Source: Pachysolen tannophilus NRRL Y-2460 (taxonomy: Eukaryota). From it: 64,000 nt of DNA. The notes under the pieces are model-generated. The model was not told the origin of the DNA. It did not search any database and saw nothing but the letters and a program-made list of their open reading frames with translations. Positions 10,916-22,264 of the stretch are shown here, in pieces. The stretch is taken from positions 413,465 to 477,464 of the forward strand of contig KV454015.1 of the NCBI GenBank assembly GCA_001661245.1, written 5' to 3'. The position numbers and the translations under genes are program-made. Each line of letters begins with the position of its first letter. Position 1 is the stretch's first letter.

Positions 10916-12172
10916 TTACAACAAGTAAATCATTCTTCCCGAGGCATCGTACCCAATCTTTCTATCTTTCTTTGTATCACGTAAACATGTACCATACCTA
11001 TAACCGACTTTACCAACTTTAGCATCAGTAAATTTAAAAATTGATTTTTCTCCTTCTAATATAGGTGCAACAAATGAATTTTGATTATTTTTCTTATGAT
11101 TTTGAGAATCATGATGTGAAGAATGTGCTCCAGTTTCTGAAAGTTTTTCTAAAGTGACTTTGGCAGGTTCAATATCTAATACCCTTGCTGCATCAACAGG
11201 TCCAAAAGGTTCACTTTCTGCTATAGTTAAAAATCTTGAATTTTGAGTCTTTTGAGGAATTGGAATTTCTGTTAAATTTTCTGCATTTCTTTGTGGGTTA
11301 AATAAGGGAAATAATTTATACATAACTTGACTCATTTTTTGCATTTCCGGTGTAACAAGTCCCTAAAAAAAATATATATATATATATATATAAATCAAAG
11401 TTAGTAATTGAGTCTGAATATGAAAAAAAAAAAAAAATCTTTATCAATAAAAAAGAGATCAAGTAACTTATTTTCTCAGCGCATAATTTTATAACCATGT
11501 AAAAATTGTCTTAAAGACTAATCGAAAAATAATATAATTTTGCAAATTCATCATCTTGAATAATTCCCAATCTCTCTAAAAAAAAATAAAAAAATTAAAT
11601 TAACTTACCTGTTGTCTCCATTTGTTTTCAATATCATTTAATTTAATAATAGCTTCTATTCTAGGAATTTTTAAACCATATTTAATTGCAACCTCTTGAG
11701 TTGGTAATTGTTTTTCAACAATATCTTCAACAATCTTAGCTTTTAATTCATGGCTAATTTGTAAATTTGTTCGACAAAATGGATTCAATGGAAATGGTTT
11801 TAAAGCTCTATCTTTTATTTCCAGTCTATTTGGAGCTCTATTATTATTGGCAGTATCATCTTTATCCAATTGAATCTTTAAAGCTTGACCTCTTTCAATA
11901 TCAGGTTTAATATAATTCGTTACATGATCTTGAGGTAAATAAAAATATTTATTTAAATGATATTCTCCTTTAAAATTCTTTGGTCCTAAAAATTCAGCCA
12001 TTTGTAATCTTAAAGTAGTTGTATGTGATTTTGGATCTTTTCTACCAAATGCTTTTGTCTTATATTGTGGATAAGCTAATGTTCTTCTATTACGCACTTG
12101 CATCAAATTAATACCAAACCTCATCATAGAAGAGGCCCTACTGCCTCTTCTTACAAACAGATTACCTGACAT
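10916..12172 (-). CDS. MRPS35: Mitochondrial small-subunit ribosomal protein mS45; two exons, 12172-11609 and 11362-10916 (336 aa)
   Basis: Motifs 'FLGPKNFKGEY', 'LKPFPLNPFCRTN', 'RFLTIAESEPFGPVDAA' and 'VGKVGYRYG'. Splicing joins …KWRQQ|GLVTPEMQKM… in frame, merging two track ORFs. Confidence 0.9.
11363..11608 (-). other. Spliceosomal intron of MRPS35 (246 nt)
   Basis: GTAAGT donor (11608-11603), TACTAAC branch point (11406-11400), TAG acceptor ending at 11363; phase 0. Confidence 0.92.
11472..11559 (-). ncRNA. Intronic box C/D snoRNA with D' guide to 25S rRNA
   Basis: C box AUGAUGA (11554-11548), D box CUGA (11479-11476), degenerate D' AAGA and C' AUGGUUA. Guide UUCGAUUAGUCUUU (11526-11513) is complementary to conserved LSU rRNA AAAGACUAAUCGAA. 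A 12-bp flanking intronic stem encloses it. Confidence 0.75.
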
Positions 12173-12319
12173 CTATTATAAAATTTTTTCTAATCTCTTG
12201 TCTTTTCTATTCCCAATATTAATAAATACTCAATCTTTAATGGTAAAAAAAAAATTTTTGAATAAAATAACCTACTTTCACCAACTTCATTTCTTCAAAA
12301 AAAAATAATGAAATTTTTT

Positions 12320-12327
12320 CCGGGTAA
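12320..12327. promoter_or_regulatory. Reb1-type site (CCGGGTAA) upstream of MRPS35
   Basis: Exact match to the TTACCCGG consensus, ~150 bp upstream of the ATG and next to poly(dA:dT). Confidence 0.55.
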
Positions 12328-12645
12328 ACAATTTTTTTCAATTTTCATTCACGACCATCAAAATTTAGAAGATGATGCTTATTAACAGATGTGATATGAT
12401 ATGATGTCTACTACTACTTCACCTTACAATAAACGATAATTAATTACCCACAATTTTAGATATTTTTTTTTCAAAAAAAAAAGGTACAAGAATAGAAAGT
12501 TAACGTTGTGAAATAACTTTTTTTTTTTTGGTTTTTATTTTTGATGAACAAAATGGAAGAAACTATAATAAATTAAACTATATTTGAAAAATAGGTAAAG
12601 AAAAAAAAAAAAAAGTAAAAAAAAAACTTTTCATGGACGCAATCA

Positions 12646-15600
12646 TTATTTATTGTGAGGGAACTCCCGTATATATAAAAATATATATATGCTAGCAGAT
12701 ACTCTTGGCTCCAAGATTAATGATAACTTGTGTTGCTCATTCACATCAGGACAATTGTTAAACCAATTGTCCAAAAAAATTTGGATTTCATGAACCAAAT
12801 GGAAATTATAAGGATATTTTTCATATTTTAAAGCTTCAGTGACAATATGATGAACTTTATATCTTTTATAAAAATTAATCATAGATCTATCACGATTGAT
12901 GAAATCAGGAATTGCTTGACTAACAAAAGTTAAGTCTGTTAAATAAATTCCCAAGAATGGTATACATGGTTCAGCTTCTTTAACAAATTTTAACAAATCT
13001 CTATATTCGTTATAATTTCTATCAATTGACATTAATTTATCCATTTTTTTAAAACTATCTTGAAAATTTTTACCTACTAAAGCCCATGTTTTTTTCAATC
13101 TTGCAATAGGTGATGAAGAAAGTGCACTAATTATAGCAGTTAATGTTGAATAATTTTTATATTGTAAACATTTATCTGCAACTTGAATAAAATAAGTAAT
13201 TGTATCAGCTCTTTTCTTAATTTCCTTTTTCCTTATAATCATAAAAGAAACAAAATTTGATAATTTATTAGCATAAGAAATGAAAAATTTAATATTATGG
13301 GATGATCCCATATTACCATGCTTTGAACCCCACATTTTATCTAAAAATTCCATTTGAGTAATCTTAGAATATAATACAAATTCTCTCAAAGTTAATTGTC
13401 TAGCAAGTTCAGTAAAATCAATATCTTTTAATTTTAACCTTCTCAATGTCCTTGGCATAATTGGAGGAGGTGGAGGAACTTTTGAATAAATTTTAGGAAC
13501 CTTATATAAACTCCCAACACTATTTGGATCTGCTTTTTGAGATTCTAATGTAACATATTTAACATTATCAATGAAAATATCTGCTCCTGGAATGTTACTA
13601 GTAGCAACAGTATTCATAAAAAATTTGAAATTTTTAAATATATTAGAATCATAATAATTATAATTCCAATATTTTGTTACCAATAAATCAAGAATTGAAA
13701 TAACATTTTCTCTAACTCGATAAAGTTTCTTTTCATGCCAAATATTGTACTCTTCAAAACTCAAACCTTCCGGAGGTTCTGAGTTATAAATTTTAACCAA
13801 TCTTTCCAATAATTCACCGGGTTTCATAAAACTTCTAAATGTTAACAAGAATGCTTCAGTAAATTCTGGGGATCTTTCTTCATTACTAGTTAAATGAGCA
13901 ACTAAACCATCAATAGTACCACCTTTAACATTCCCCTTAGAGTCATAAATTAATGAATATTCGGCTTCATCAATATCCAAATACCATGGAACATCATTCG
14001 ATGATCTTCTTTCATGCGTATAAGTACCTTTATAATCATCAATAAGATCTGGAACAGTACTATGCCTCTCATTCATGAAAATTTCAACATCAAAATCAAC
14101 ATTCATCTTCCTCGAAGTATAATTCAAGATAGATTCTCTTTCATCAATCAATTGTTGTACTAAATAAATTACCAAACCAAGACTTTTTCCTAACTTGGCA
14201 ATAGAAGATCTCAACTTATCTTCTTTTCTAAATTGTAAACATTCATTTGTTTCATTTTTTATATCATTTTCCGTAATAAGTGCAGTTAAAGCTGCTGCTA
14301 ACTTTTCAGTAGGTAAAGCTGCAGCCGCTACACTATAATTCATTTCATCGTCTTGTCTTAAGCTTTTGAAAACTTCTGGATCATCTAAAGTCAATGCTTG
14401 TGCATCAATAACTAGTTCAGAAAACGAATCATACAATTCTTGTTTGGCCTCAAAGAATTCAATCAAAATTGGATACGTATAAGATACGACTTCTGCATTA
14501 ATAAGCTTGGAGCTATTGGAAACACTTTGCTTATCGAAATAACTTGAACTACATCTTTGAGGTAAAGATGAACTATCCTGATTTGACATGGTCCCGGAAA
14601 CTGAATTTGAATCACCCAACAAAGATGAACTGTCTTCAATAATATTTGTCGATGAACTATTCTCCTTTTCCATAGGAAGCTTTTTAATAGCTTTAAAAAC
14701 GCTAAAATCAAAAGCCTCAAGTATGTCCAATATTCTAGCAGACGGTTGTAAAGCATTGTAAACCATAGTCAAAACAGTAACATTTCTTTGTTCTCTAAAT
14801 TTCAAAGGATTCACATCTTCTGGTGGTTCAGTCTCCAATGATTTCAAAACATCATTTAAAATACCGGCCAACTTAGACTTTTTACTTTCCAAAGTTGCAA
14901 CTGCATCTTTATCCAACAATATCTTGGGCTTGTTACTATTATACTTATCCAGATAAGTCTTAATATAGTTTTTGCCATAAGCATTAGATCCATTTTTCTC
15001 TTCTCTAAGCAATTTAAATGGATTTTCCGGCTTGATGAAAAAATCATTTGTCCAATTACCTCCGTCAAAAACGTCCTTCATGAACCTTGGATACACCATC
15101 AGAGCTAATTTCGGATCATGTCCATCTTCAAATTTCAAATTACTAAATATCTTAAAACATGCCTCTGCTCTAAGTTTTAATGATTTCCCATCTAATTCCG
15201 CTTTTTTCAAGTAAGTATTATTACGCATTTCACGGGATACTTTACGTCTCATAACCGGATCGTTACCTAGCGTCGACGAATGTAATGAATCGGTATCAAT
15301 ACTTGAATGATCATCGTCTTTAGAAGCTGGTTCTGGAATATCAGCTGAAATAACTGTGGAGGAATTACGAAGATGAAGTCTTCCGTTTACACCTAATTGT
15401 GCCACACCACTTGTCATTTTTTTTAATTTTCTTTGAATAGCAGTATGGAAACCTTGATTTACCAAATTGTTCTGTGTTAGTCTTGCAGACAAATTGAAAA
15501 ATGCACATAGTTTTGTAACATCATTATAATTTGTGAAAAATAAATCAGTTGAACATTTACGCAAACCATCTAAAGTAGCATCTACCAAACATAAGAAAGC

Positions 15601-16902
15601 TGTAAAAAATTCTTTCCAATATCTCATATCTGTTCTATCACCATAAAATAAATCGTCCATATAAAACAATGGACAAGGATTATAACTTTGCTGATGTTGT
15701 TGTTGTTGTTGTTGTTGATCCGAATAAATAGACAGAGGAATCGAAGACCGTATACTTTCCTTTTTGCTGTATTTTCTAAAACTATAAGAGGATCTTTGAT
15801 TATTTCCTGCTGAAGACTCAGCAAATGCCGATCCCGTCGAGTGGTGTCCTGATAATGCTGGTGATGTAGTCGTTGCTGCTGCATGTGCAGAAGCAGAAGT
15901 AGGGGCAGGAGCAGACGCAGGAGCAGCAGCAGGAGCAGGTGAAGGTGCTGTTGTAGTTGTTGATACGCCACTCAGTGGCTTCAAGTAAGCTGGCTCGTAG
16001 TTTAATTTTTCCAGACTTCCATCATTAAGAGAAGTAATATTTTCTAATCTTGACAATTCAAGTTTCTTGGGGAATCTTAATATAGAAGTTTCATCCACCT
16101 GTGGAACTGAAATAAACGGCATTTCATTACAATATGCATTAAATCTCTCGTTATAGTATATTATTGCACCATCTGCAGTAAGGCGAGGTAACCAAACAGG
16201 TGGCTCATTTGATGTTCCCAATGCCTTCTTGCACAATGCATTAACTTCATCAATCGTTAATATATTTATTTCATCATTACCAGGAGGTTTTGATTGAAAA
16301 TTTGTTGTATGAATCATTGGGTCCTCAAAAGAATCTGGATTCATACCACCTTGAGTATTAGGAGTACTTGATTGAGTCGGAATAGCGCTAGCGCTTTCCT
16401 TTTGACTATGTTCAGAGCTTGTTATACTCATGATACTATTTTTCCGACTATTTCCTGACGTAATATTCCCATTACTATTGTTGCTATTACCACCATTATT
16501 CCCAGTCAGTGAAGTCAAACTGCTACTAATATTAGTATCATCCATTAAAATTTGTTTCAAAAGATTTGAATAACTTAAACAAGAATTGTTCATAACATTA
16601 CTATTATTAATTGGGTAGATGGATTTAGTATAATTACTAGGAAACCATCCTCTAACGGGCTCACCTGGCCCATCCTGTATTAAACCGTCCCACCAACCAG
16701 TTGGCGATTTTGTTAAAACATATACAGTTTGATCCACCACTAAATTTAATTGATTCGTCTTATCTGTCTTATATTCATTAATAACTTTAACTACATCCAT
16801 GAATTTAGCAGAATACCTTAAATTACTATTAGTACCAACAGATTCTTGCTTTTGCTGTGGTATTGGAACTTCTGGAGGGATGTCATCATCATCATCAACC
16901 AT
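12646..16902 (-). CDS. CDC25: Ras guanine-nucleotide exchange factor (SH3, REM, RasGEF)
   Basis: N-terminal SH3 ('VYVLTKSPTGWWDG…RGWFPSNY'), REM ('VKGGTIDGLVAHLT…FLLTFRSF') and CDC25 domain ('ELARQLTL', 'PCIPFLGIYLTDLTF', 'INFYKR'). Confidence 0.92.
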   Translation of the reverse strand: MVDDDDDIPPEVPIPQQKQESVGTNSNLRYSAKFMDVVKVINEYKTDKTNQLNLVVDQTVYVLTKSPTGWWDGLIQDGPGEPVRGWFPSNYTKSIYPINNSNVMNNSCLSYSNLLKQILMDDTNISSSLTSLTGNNGGNSNNSNGNITSGNSRKNSIMSITSSEHSQKESASAIPTQSSTPNTQGGMNPDSFEDPMIHTTNFQSKPPGNDEINILTIDEVNALCKKALGTSNEPPVWLPRLTADGAIIYYNERFNAYCNEMPFISVPQVDETSILRFPKKLELSRLENITSLNDGSLEKLNYEPAYLKPLSGVSTTTTAPSPAPAAAPASAPAPTSASAHAAATTTSPALSGHHSTGSAFAESSAGNNQRSSYSFRKYSKKESIRSSIPLSIYSDQQQQQQQHQQSYNPCPLFYMDDLFYGDRTDMRYWKEFFTAFLCLVDATLDGLRKCSTDLFFTNYNDVTKLCAFFNLSARLTQNNLVNQGFHTAIQRKLKKMTSGVAQLGVNGRLHLRNSSTVISADIPEPASKDDDHSSIDTDSLHSSTLGNDPVMRRKVSREMRNNTYLKKAELDGKSLKLRAEACFKIFSNLKFEDGHDPKLALMVYPRFMKDVFDGGNWTNDFFIKPENPFKLLREEKNGSNAYGKNYIKTYLDKYNSNKPKILLDKDAVATLESKKSKLAGILNDVLKSLETEPPEDVNPLKFREQRNVTVLTMVYNALQPSARILDILEAFDFSVFKAIKKLPMEKENSSSTNIIEDSSSLLGDSNSVSGTMSNQDSSSLPQRCSSSYFDKQSVSNSSKLINAEVVSYTYPILIEFFEAKQELYDSFSELVIDAQALTLDDPEVFKSLRQDDEMNYSVAAAALPTEKLAAALTALITENDIKNETNECLQFRKEDKLRSSIAKLGKSLGLVIYLVQQLIDERESILNYTSRKMNVDFDVEIFMNERHSTVPDLIDDYKGTYTHERRSSNDVPWYLDIDEAEYSLIYDSKGNVKGGTIDGLVAHLTSNEERSPEFTEAFLLTFRSFMKPGELLERLVKIYNSEPPEGLSFEEYNIWHEKKLYRVRENVISILDLLVTKYWNYNYYDSNIFKNFKFFMNTVATSNIPGADIFIDNVKYVTLESQKADPNSVGSLYKVPKIYSKVPPPPPIMPRTLRRLKLKDIDFTELARQLTLREFVLYSKITQMEFLDKMWGSKHGNMGSSHNIKFFISYANKLSNFVSFMIIRKKEIKKRADTITYFIQVADKCLQYKNYSTLTAIISALSSSPIARLKKTWALVGKNFQDSFKKMDKLMSIDRNYNEYRDLLKFVKEAEPCIPFLGIYLTDLTFVSQAIPDFINRDRSMINFYKRYKVHHIVTEALKYEKYPYNFHLVHEIQIFLDNWFNNCPDVNEQHKLSLILEPRVSASIYIFLYIREFPHNK

Positions 16903-17544
16903 GGTTAACTTTATATATTTTATTCTTTCACAAAAAAAAATTACCGATGTTTTTATTTTTTTCTTTTCTTTCCTTCCTTCTTTATTTTTAAATAAACTCT
17001 TTCACACCTTTAATCAAAATTTCATAAATCCAATAATGATCAAATAGATTAATATACTTGAAAGTTTGATATTTTAAATTAAATGTAAAAACACCGTCCG
17101 GCGGCTAAAATTGAACTTATTATATTTACACTGTTAAGTTATTTTCACTTAATTCACTTTAATCTTTCAATTTTTATAATTTATTATATCACAAATAAAC
17201 TATATCCCAAGAACCAATGTCAATGGATACAGAAATGATAAATCGGTCCGAACATCCAATATACAAATTATAACTAATTGAATTTTTAATAATTTTACTT
17301 GGTTTCTTTTAATTAATGTTTAATTTGCTCGTTCCAGCCTTTTTTTTTCCTTTTCCAAAAAATTACAAAAAATTACTAAGATTTTTTTTTTCTTTCTTTT
17401 TCGGCTGCATACAATATTACATCTAGACAAAATACTATATCAAATAAATCAAAATTTAACTAGAATAGGATGGGGAAAGTGAAGTAGGAGGTGAATGAGG
17501 AGGTGAGAAGAAAAAAACTATATAGATAAGATAAGATAATTGCT

Positions 17545-19313
17545 TCATGGACGTAAACGTTTTGGGTCTCTTGGGAATAATGAGGCACGACGGATGTTTT
17601 TCAAATCCAAGAAGAACATCAAGACTCTTTCTAAACCAATACCACCACCTGCATGAGGAGGACATCCATAAGTGAAAGCATCCAAGTAATCAGCTAAACC
17701 TGGGGAATTTGGGTCTAATTCAAGTTCGGTCATTCTTTTTCTTAAAAAGTCTGCATCATGGATACGTTGAGCACCAGATAAGATTTCTTCACCTCTCATA
17801 AAGAAATCATAAGAATTTGAATAATTATTATCTTGAGGATCAGGCATTGTATAACAAGGTCTAACTGCCAATGGAAATTTATCCAAGATATAAAAATCGG
17901 TATCATACTTGTCTCTAATTAATTTTCCCAAAAATTTTTCATTTTCAGTACTTAAATCATCATAATCACCAACTTCTTTACCATTTTCTCTTAATAATTT
18001 TATACCTTCTTTAAATGGAATTCTAACCATTTTACCATTTTCAGGAATTTTAAATTCTTCAACTGGGAATTGTTTACGTACAAGAGCAATTTCTTTTGCA
18101 TATCTTTTTTTCAATTCTGTGAAAATGAAAACAAATAAATCTGCCAATAAATCAACTGCTTCATCATAATGTTCTTCAAATGTCATTTCTAAATCAAGTC
18201 CTGTAAATTCTGTCAAATGACGATGAGTATTTGAATTTTCAGCTCTGAAAACTGGTGCAATTTCGAAAACTCTTTCAAAATCAGCAGAAATTAATTGTTG
18301 TTTATAAAATTGAGGAGATTGAGCTAAATATGCTTTACCTTTAAAATATGAAACTTCAAAAACATTTGAACCTCCTTCAGATGCAGCACCAACTAATTTA
18401 GGAGTATGAACTTCTGTAAATCCTTTATTAGTTAAAAATTCTCTAAAAAGAAGACAAATTCCAGATTGTAATCTAAAGATAGATTGATTTGTTACAGTTC
18501 TTAAATCAATAACTCTTGAATCTAATCTAGTATCTAAATTTACCACTGGAAGACCTGCAGCCTCAGCTTCAGCATCAGATCTAGAAGCATCCTCAATCAA
18601 CATTGGTAATTGTTGTGGAGTTTCAGCAATAGTATAAATTTTTGTAATATGTATTTCTGCATCTTGAACTGTAGCAGATTTAATTTCCTCATCAACTTTC
18701 TTAACAATCCCATGAACAAGAACAATACTTTCCAAATTAATTGAACCTGCCCATTTAACCATTTGCTTTGATACTGAATCACCATTTGATTTTAATAAGG
18801 CTTGAATAACATCTTGTTGTTGACGTAAAGAAATGAAAACCATTGTAGCACCTTGTTTCCTTGAATTATGAATTCTTGCTCTAAAGACAACTTCTTCACC
18901 ATCATTAACTGCTGAAAGAGTATGAATCTTAATTCTTTCAATACTAGTTTTAAAAGCAGATTGATTCAATGGTTGCTTACCATAATTATCTTTTGCAGTA
19001 TCACTAGCAGCTTCAGCAGCAGATTTAGCAGCTTGCTCTTCAGCTAATTGAGCCGCTCTTTCAGCTTTTTTCTTTTCCTTTTCCTTTTCCTTTTCCAATT
19101 TCTTTAAAGCTTTTTTAGAAAGTGGTTGACCATCGGGACTGATACATATATATATAAAAAAGAAAAAACGTTAGTAACTTGGAAAAAAAACTATTGAACA
19201 AAAAAAAAAAAAAAAAATTAAATCTTTAATTTAATTTAATTTACTTACCCAATAACCTCATGATCTGAAACTTTCAATTGTTCAAGTTGATTTTCTATAT
19301 TTTCTGAAGCCAT
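17545..19313 (-). CDS. DPS1: Cytosolic aspartyl-tRNA synthetase; exons 19313-19249 and 19138-17545 (552 aa)
   Basis: Class II motifs '[11 protein letters not shown]', '[11 protein letters not shown]' and 'GGGIGLERV…[11 protein letters not shown]'. The spliced N-terminus reads [35 protein letters not shown]. Confidence 0.95.
19139..19248 (-). other. Spliceosomal intron of DPS1 (110 nt)
   Basis: GTAAGT donor at 19248, TACTAAC at 19176-19170, CAG acceptor ending at 19139; restores the frame (phase 2). Confidence 0.92.
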
Positions 19314-19539
19314 TGTTAAGATATATATATATATATATATATATATTACTTTTTTAATTTATATTATTATTATTATTATATATATATGAAATGACTAAAT
19401 TTAAAATAATATTATTTATTCACTTTATTCAAAAAAATGTCAAAAGAGAAAGAAAAAAATTTTTTACACGCAAAAGAATATGTTTGACAGAGAAGTTGAA
19501 GAAGATGAAGAAGAAGTTAAAGAAGAAGTTGAAACCAAT

Positions 19540-20370
19540 TTATATTGATTCAATATTTTCTTTTAATTTTCTAACTTGTTCTTTTCTAGCTAATCCTTCT
19601 TTTATCTTTCTCAGTCTTCTTTGTTCTTTTGTTTCTTGTAAATGTTCTTGTTCAATTTCTTGATCATTTTTTTCAAGCATTTTGGAAATAGAATTATATA
19701 AACTGTTTAATCTTTTTTTATTTTCTTTAAACCTATCTAAAGATAAATTAGTAATTAATTCCAAATATTGTTCAGTAACTAATAAATAAAGATTTTCAGT
19801 TGTTTCTTGTAAAAAACCAATAGGTATATCTAATCTAATAGATGTTCTTATAGCAACTAAATTATTCACACCAATTCCAGATTCTCTAAATCCACAATTC
19901 ATTGCAATTGTATATAATTTTTGAGCCATTTTTAAATCTCTACATTTAACATGTAATATAAAAGGTTCAAATTTATATAAAATATATCTTGTTGTTTCAT
20001 TAATATTCAAAAATTGATCATTATTATTAATTAAAAAATTTTTATCTTTCCACCAATTTTTTAATTCAAAAGGATTATGTGTTACAAATAACCAATGTCC
20101 ACCATTTCCCTTTGCTCCAATCTTTACACCTTCATTTTTCACCTTATCATCATCATTCACATTATTATATTTTGAACCTTCAAGGAAAACACTAACCCTT
20201 CCAGAACATGATGATGTTGTAACCATATCTTTATTTGAATTTATTAAATTCATTATAGGTATACATAATTCATCAATAGTCCCTTTCGGTGACAAGTCTG
20301 GAGACTCTAAAGATGTTGACTCCATATCTTTTAAGATTTGAGTCTTTTTTTGTTCAAATAAGTCTTGCAT
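19540..20370 (-). CDS. TYW3: tRNA wybutosine methyltransferase Tyw3
   Basis: Motifs 'FEQKKTQIL', 'DLSPKGTID', 'VTTSSCSGRVSVF', 'KFEPFILHVKCRD' and 'GFRESG'. The likely start is MQDLF at 20370. Confidence 0.93.
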   Translation of the reverse strand: MQDLFEQKKTQILKDMESTSLESPDLSPKGTIDELCIPIMNLINSNKDMVTTSSCSGRVSVFLEGSKYNNVNDDDKVKNEGVKIGAKGNGGHWLFVTHNPFELKNWWKDKNFLINNNDQFLNINETTRYILYKFEPFILHVKCRDLKMAQKLYTIAMNCGFRESGIGVNNLVAIRTSIRLDIPIGFLQETTENLYLLVTEQYLELITNLSLDRFKENKKRLNSLYNSISKMLEKNDQEIEQEHLQETKEQRRLRKIKEGLARKEQVRKLKENIESI

Positions 20371-21130
20371 GATATAAACTTTATTGCCAATCCATATCTT
20401 TATATATATATATATATATAAAGATATATATATATTATATGAAAAATACATATAGTGTGGGTTTCACACCCCTAAAGAAGCAGGCAGGCAGGCAGGCAGG
20501 CAGGCAGCAACAACACCAAGATTTCCCGCCCAGACTTCTGCCATGTCTTTCCGCCCAATTTCTTTTTTAATTGTATTCTAATTCTCACACCATCCATGAC
20601 AGATAGACAATCTCTTATAATAATAAATAATAAATAGTTTGTTTAGTTTGTTTAGTTTAAGTTTGTTAGTTGATAATACTAATAAACTAATTGGAACGGC
20701 AATAATAAAACAAAAAACCCATCTTTGTACACTTTTTTATAAAAAATTAAAAAATTATTAAATTGATTGATTTTATTACAGAAAATGATTGAGAATAATT
20801 AGAAATTAATGATTAATATGATTTTAATTAAAAATTAAATATTTTATAAATTAAAAGATGTATTAAATTTGGTATTATAGTCTTTTCTCCCCTTTTTAAA
20901 TATTTTAAATATTTTAAATATTTTAAAGATTTAAAAGACTACATTTTTTGTCTTTAATATATATTTTAAAAAAAACCCATATTATTTATATTATCCTTAA
21001 TTGTATCATGTTATATATCATTAAATAAAATTCTTCTAAAAAAAAATATATATATATATATATATAAAATTATATCCTCAATATATATGTATATATGTTA
21101 TTTATTTATTTTTTTGTTTGTTTTCCATCT

Positions 21131-22264
21131 TTAATTATTTTTTTGAAATACATCTTCTTTATGTAAAACTGTTCCAAAAATTTCATCCCAAAATTTACTT
21201 GTTACTCCAAAACCTAATTCATAATTTTTATAATGATGTTCTAAATGATAAGTTTTCAATTCTTGGAAATATTTTGGTAATTTAGCATGATGTAAAATAT
21301 AATGAGTACAATCATAAATTATATAACCTAAAAATCCACCAGAGAATGCACTACAAGCAATATAAAATGGGAATATGCTAAAAACCAATTTATAAAATGG
21401 GAAGCATAATACTGCAAATAATGTTGGTGGCATAACAAGACGATATTGATCCATTGGTAAATAATGATGGACTCCATGTAATAAGAAATGTATAGCAAAT
21501 GCATATTGACTTTCTGGTAAATAATAATCCAAATGAAATAAAAATCTATGTAAACAATATTCAATAAGAGTCCAAACAAATAATCCTAAACCCCAAAAAA
21601 ATAATGCAATTAATGGATTTAAATTAATAAAACCTTTCCAAAAAATATATAAATTTAATGGAATCCAAACTAATGGAACAACATACCAAGGTGTTAATGA
21701 AAGAGGTTCAAGAAAATTACCAAATAAAGGTGCTGAACCTTTCCCATAATGTCTTGGTCTATGAACTTGATCCAAATAAAATTCTTTTGTCCAATTAGCA
21801 GTTAAAACTTGCATAAGAAGTGGTTTATCTAAATCTAAAAATTTATATTTTTGAAAATCATGAGTATAATCAGTTTGAATACTTAATTTATTTTCTGGAG
21901 GAACTTCACCAAAAATTGTAGTATCATATAATTGACCATCATGATTCATTCTAACATCAACTTGATGAGATTTATTTGATAAAAGTTCTTTAGCTTCTTC
22001 ATCAGTTGCTAAAAATCCAACCAAATAATCATCTTCTAAAATTTCATAAGCACTTTCTGAATGTATATGAGAAATTTCATCAGCCATAATTTCAGTAATA
22101 TCTTTACCAGCATAATTCAAAATAAGTTCATCTCCACCAGGATGTTCATTTAAAAAACGTGTAACATCATAAATTTTTCTTCCATAAAGTGAAACCCAAC
22201 AATCTTTTGAATTATTATGCAATCCTAACTGTTCCAAAGTATATAAAGGTAAAACCCTAGACAT
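21131..22264 (-). CDS. SCS7: Sphingolipid fatty-acid alpha-hydroxylase (cytochrome b5 fusion)
   Basis: b5 'HPGG' motif, His boxes 'HRFLFH', 'HGVHH', 'HYILHH', 'HLEHHYKNYELGFGVTS'. Confidence 0.96.
   Translation of the reverse strand: MSRVLPLYTLEQLGLHNNSKDCWVSLYGRKIYDVTRFLNEHPGGDELILNYAGKDITEIMADEISHIHSESAYEILEDDYLVGFLATDEEAKELLSNKSHQVDVRMNHDGQLYDTTIFGEVPPENKLSIQTDYTHDFQKYKFLDLDKPLLMQVLTANWTKEFYLDQVHRPRHYGKGSAPLFGNFLEPLSLTPWYVVPLVWIPLNLYIFWKGFINLNPLIALFFWGLGLFVWTLIEYCLHRFLFHLDYYLPESQYAFAIHFLLHGVHHYLPMDQYRLVMPPTLFAVLCFPFYKLVFSIFPFYIACSAFSGGFLGYIIYDCTHYILHHAKLPKYFQELKTYHLEHHYKNYELGFGVTSKFWDEIFGTVLHKEDVFQKNN

Noticed and set aside
12646..12705. Possible intron at the CDC25 C-terminus (odd tail ASIYIFLYIREFPHNK)
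   Set aside because: The donor would be non-canonical GTATCT and no branch point follows; the RasGEF domain is already complete at LEPR.
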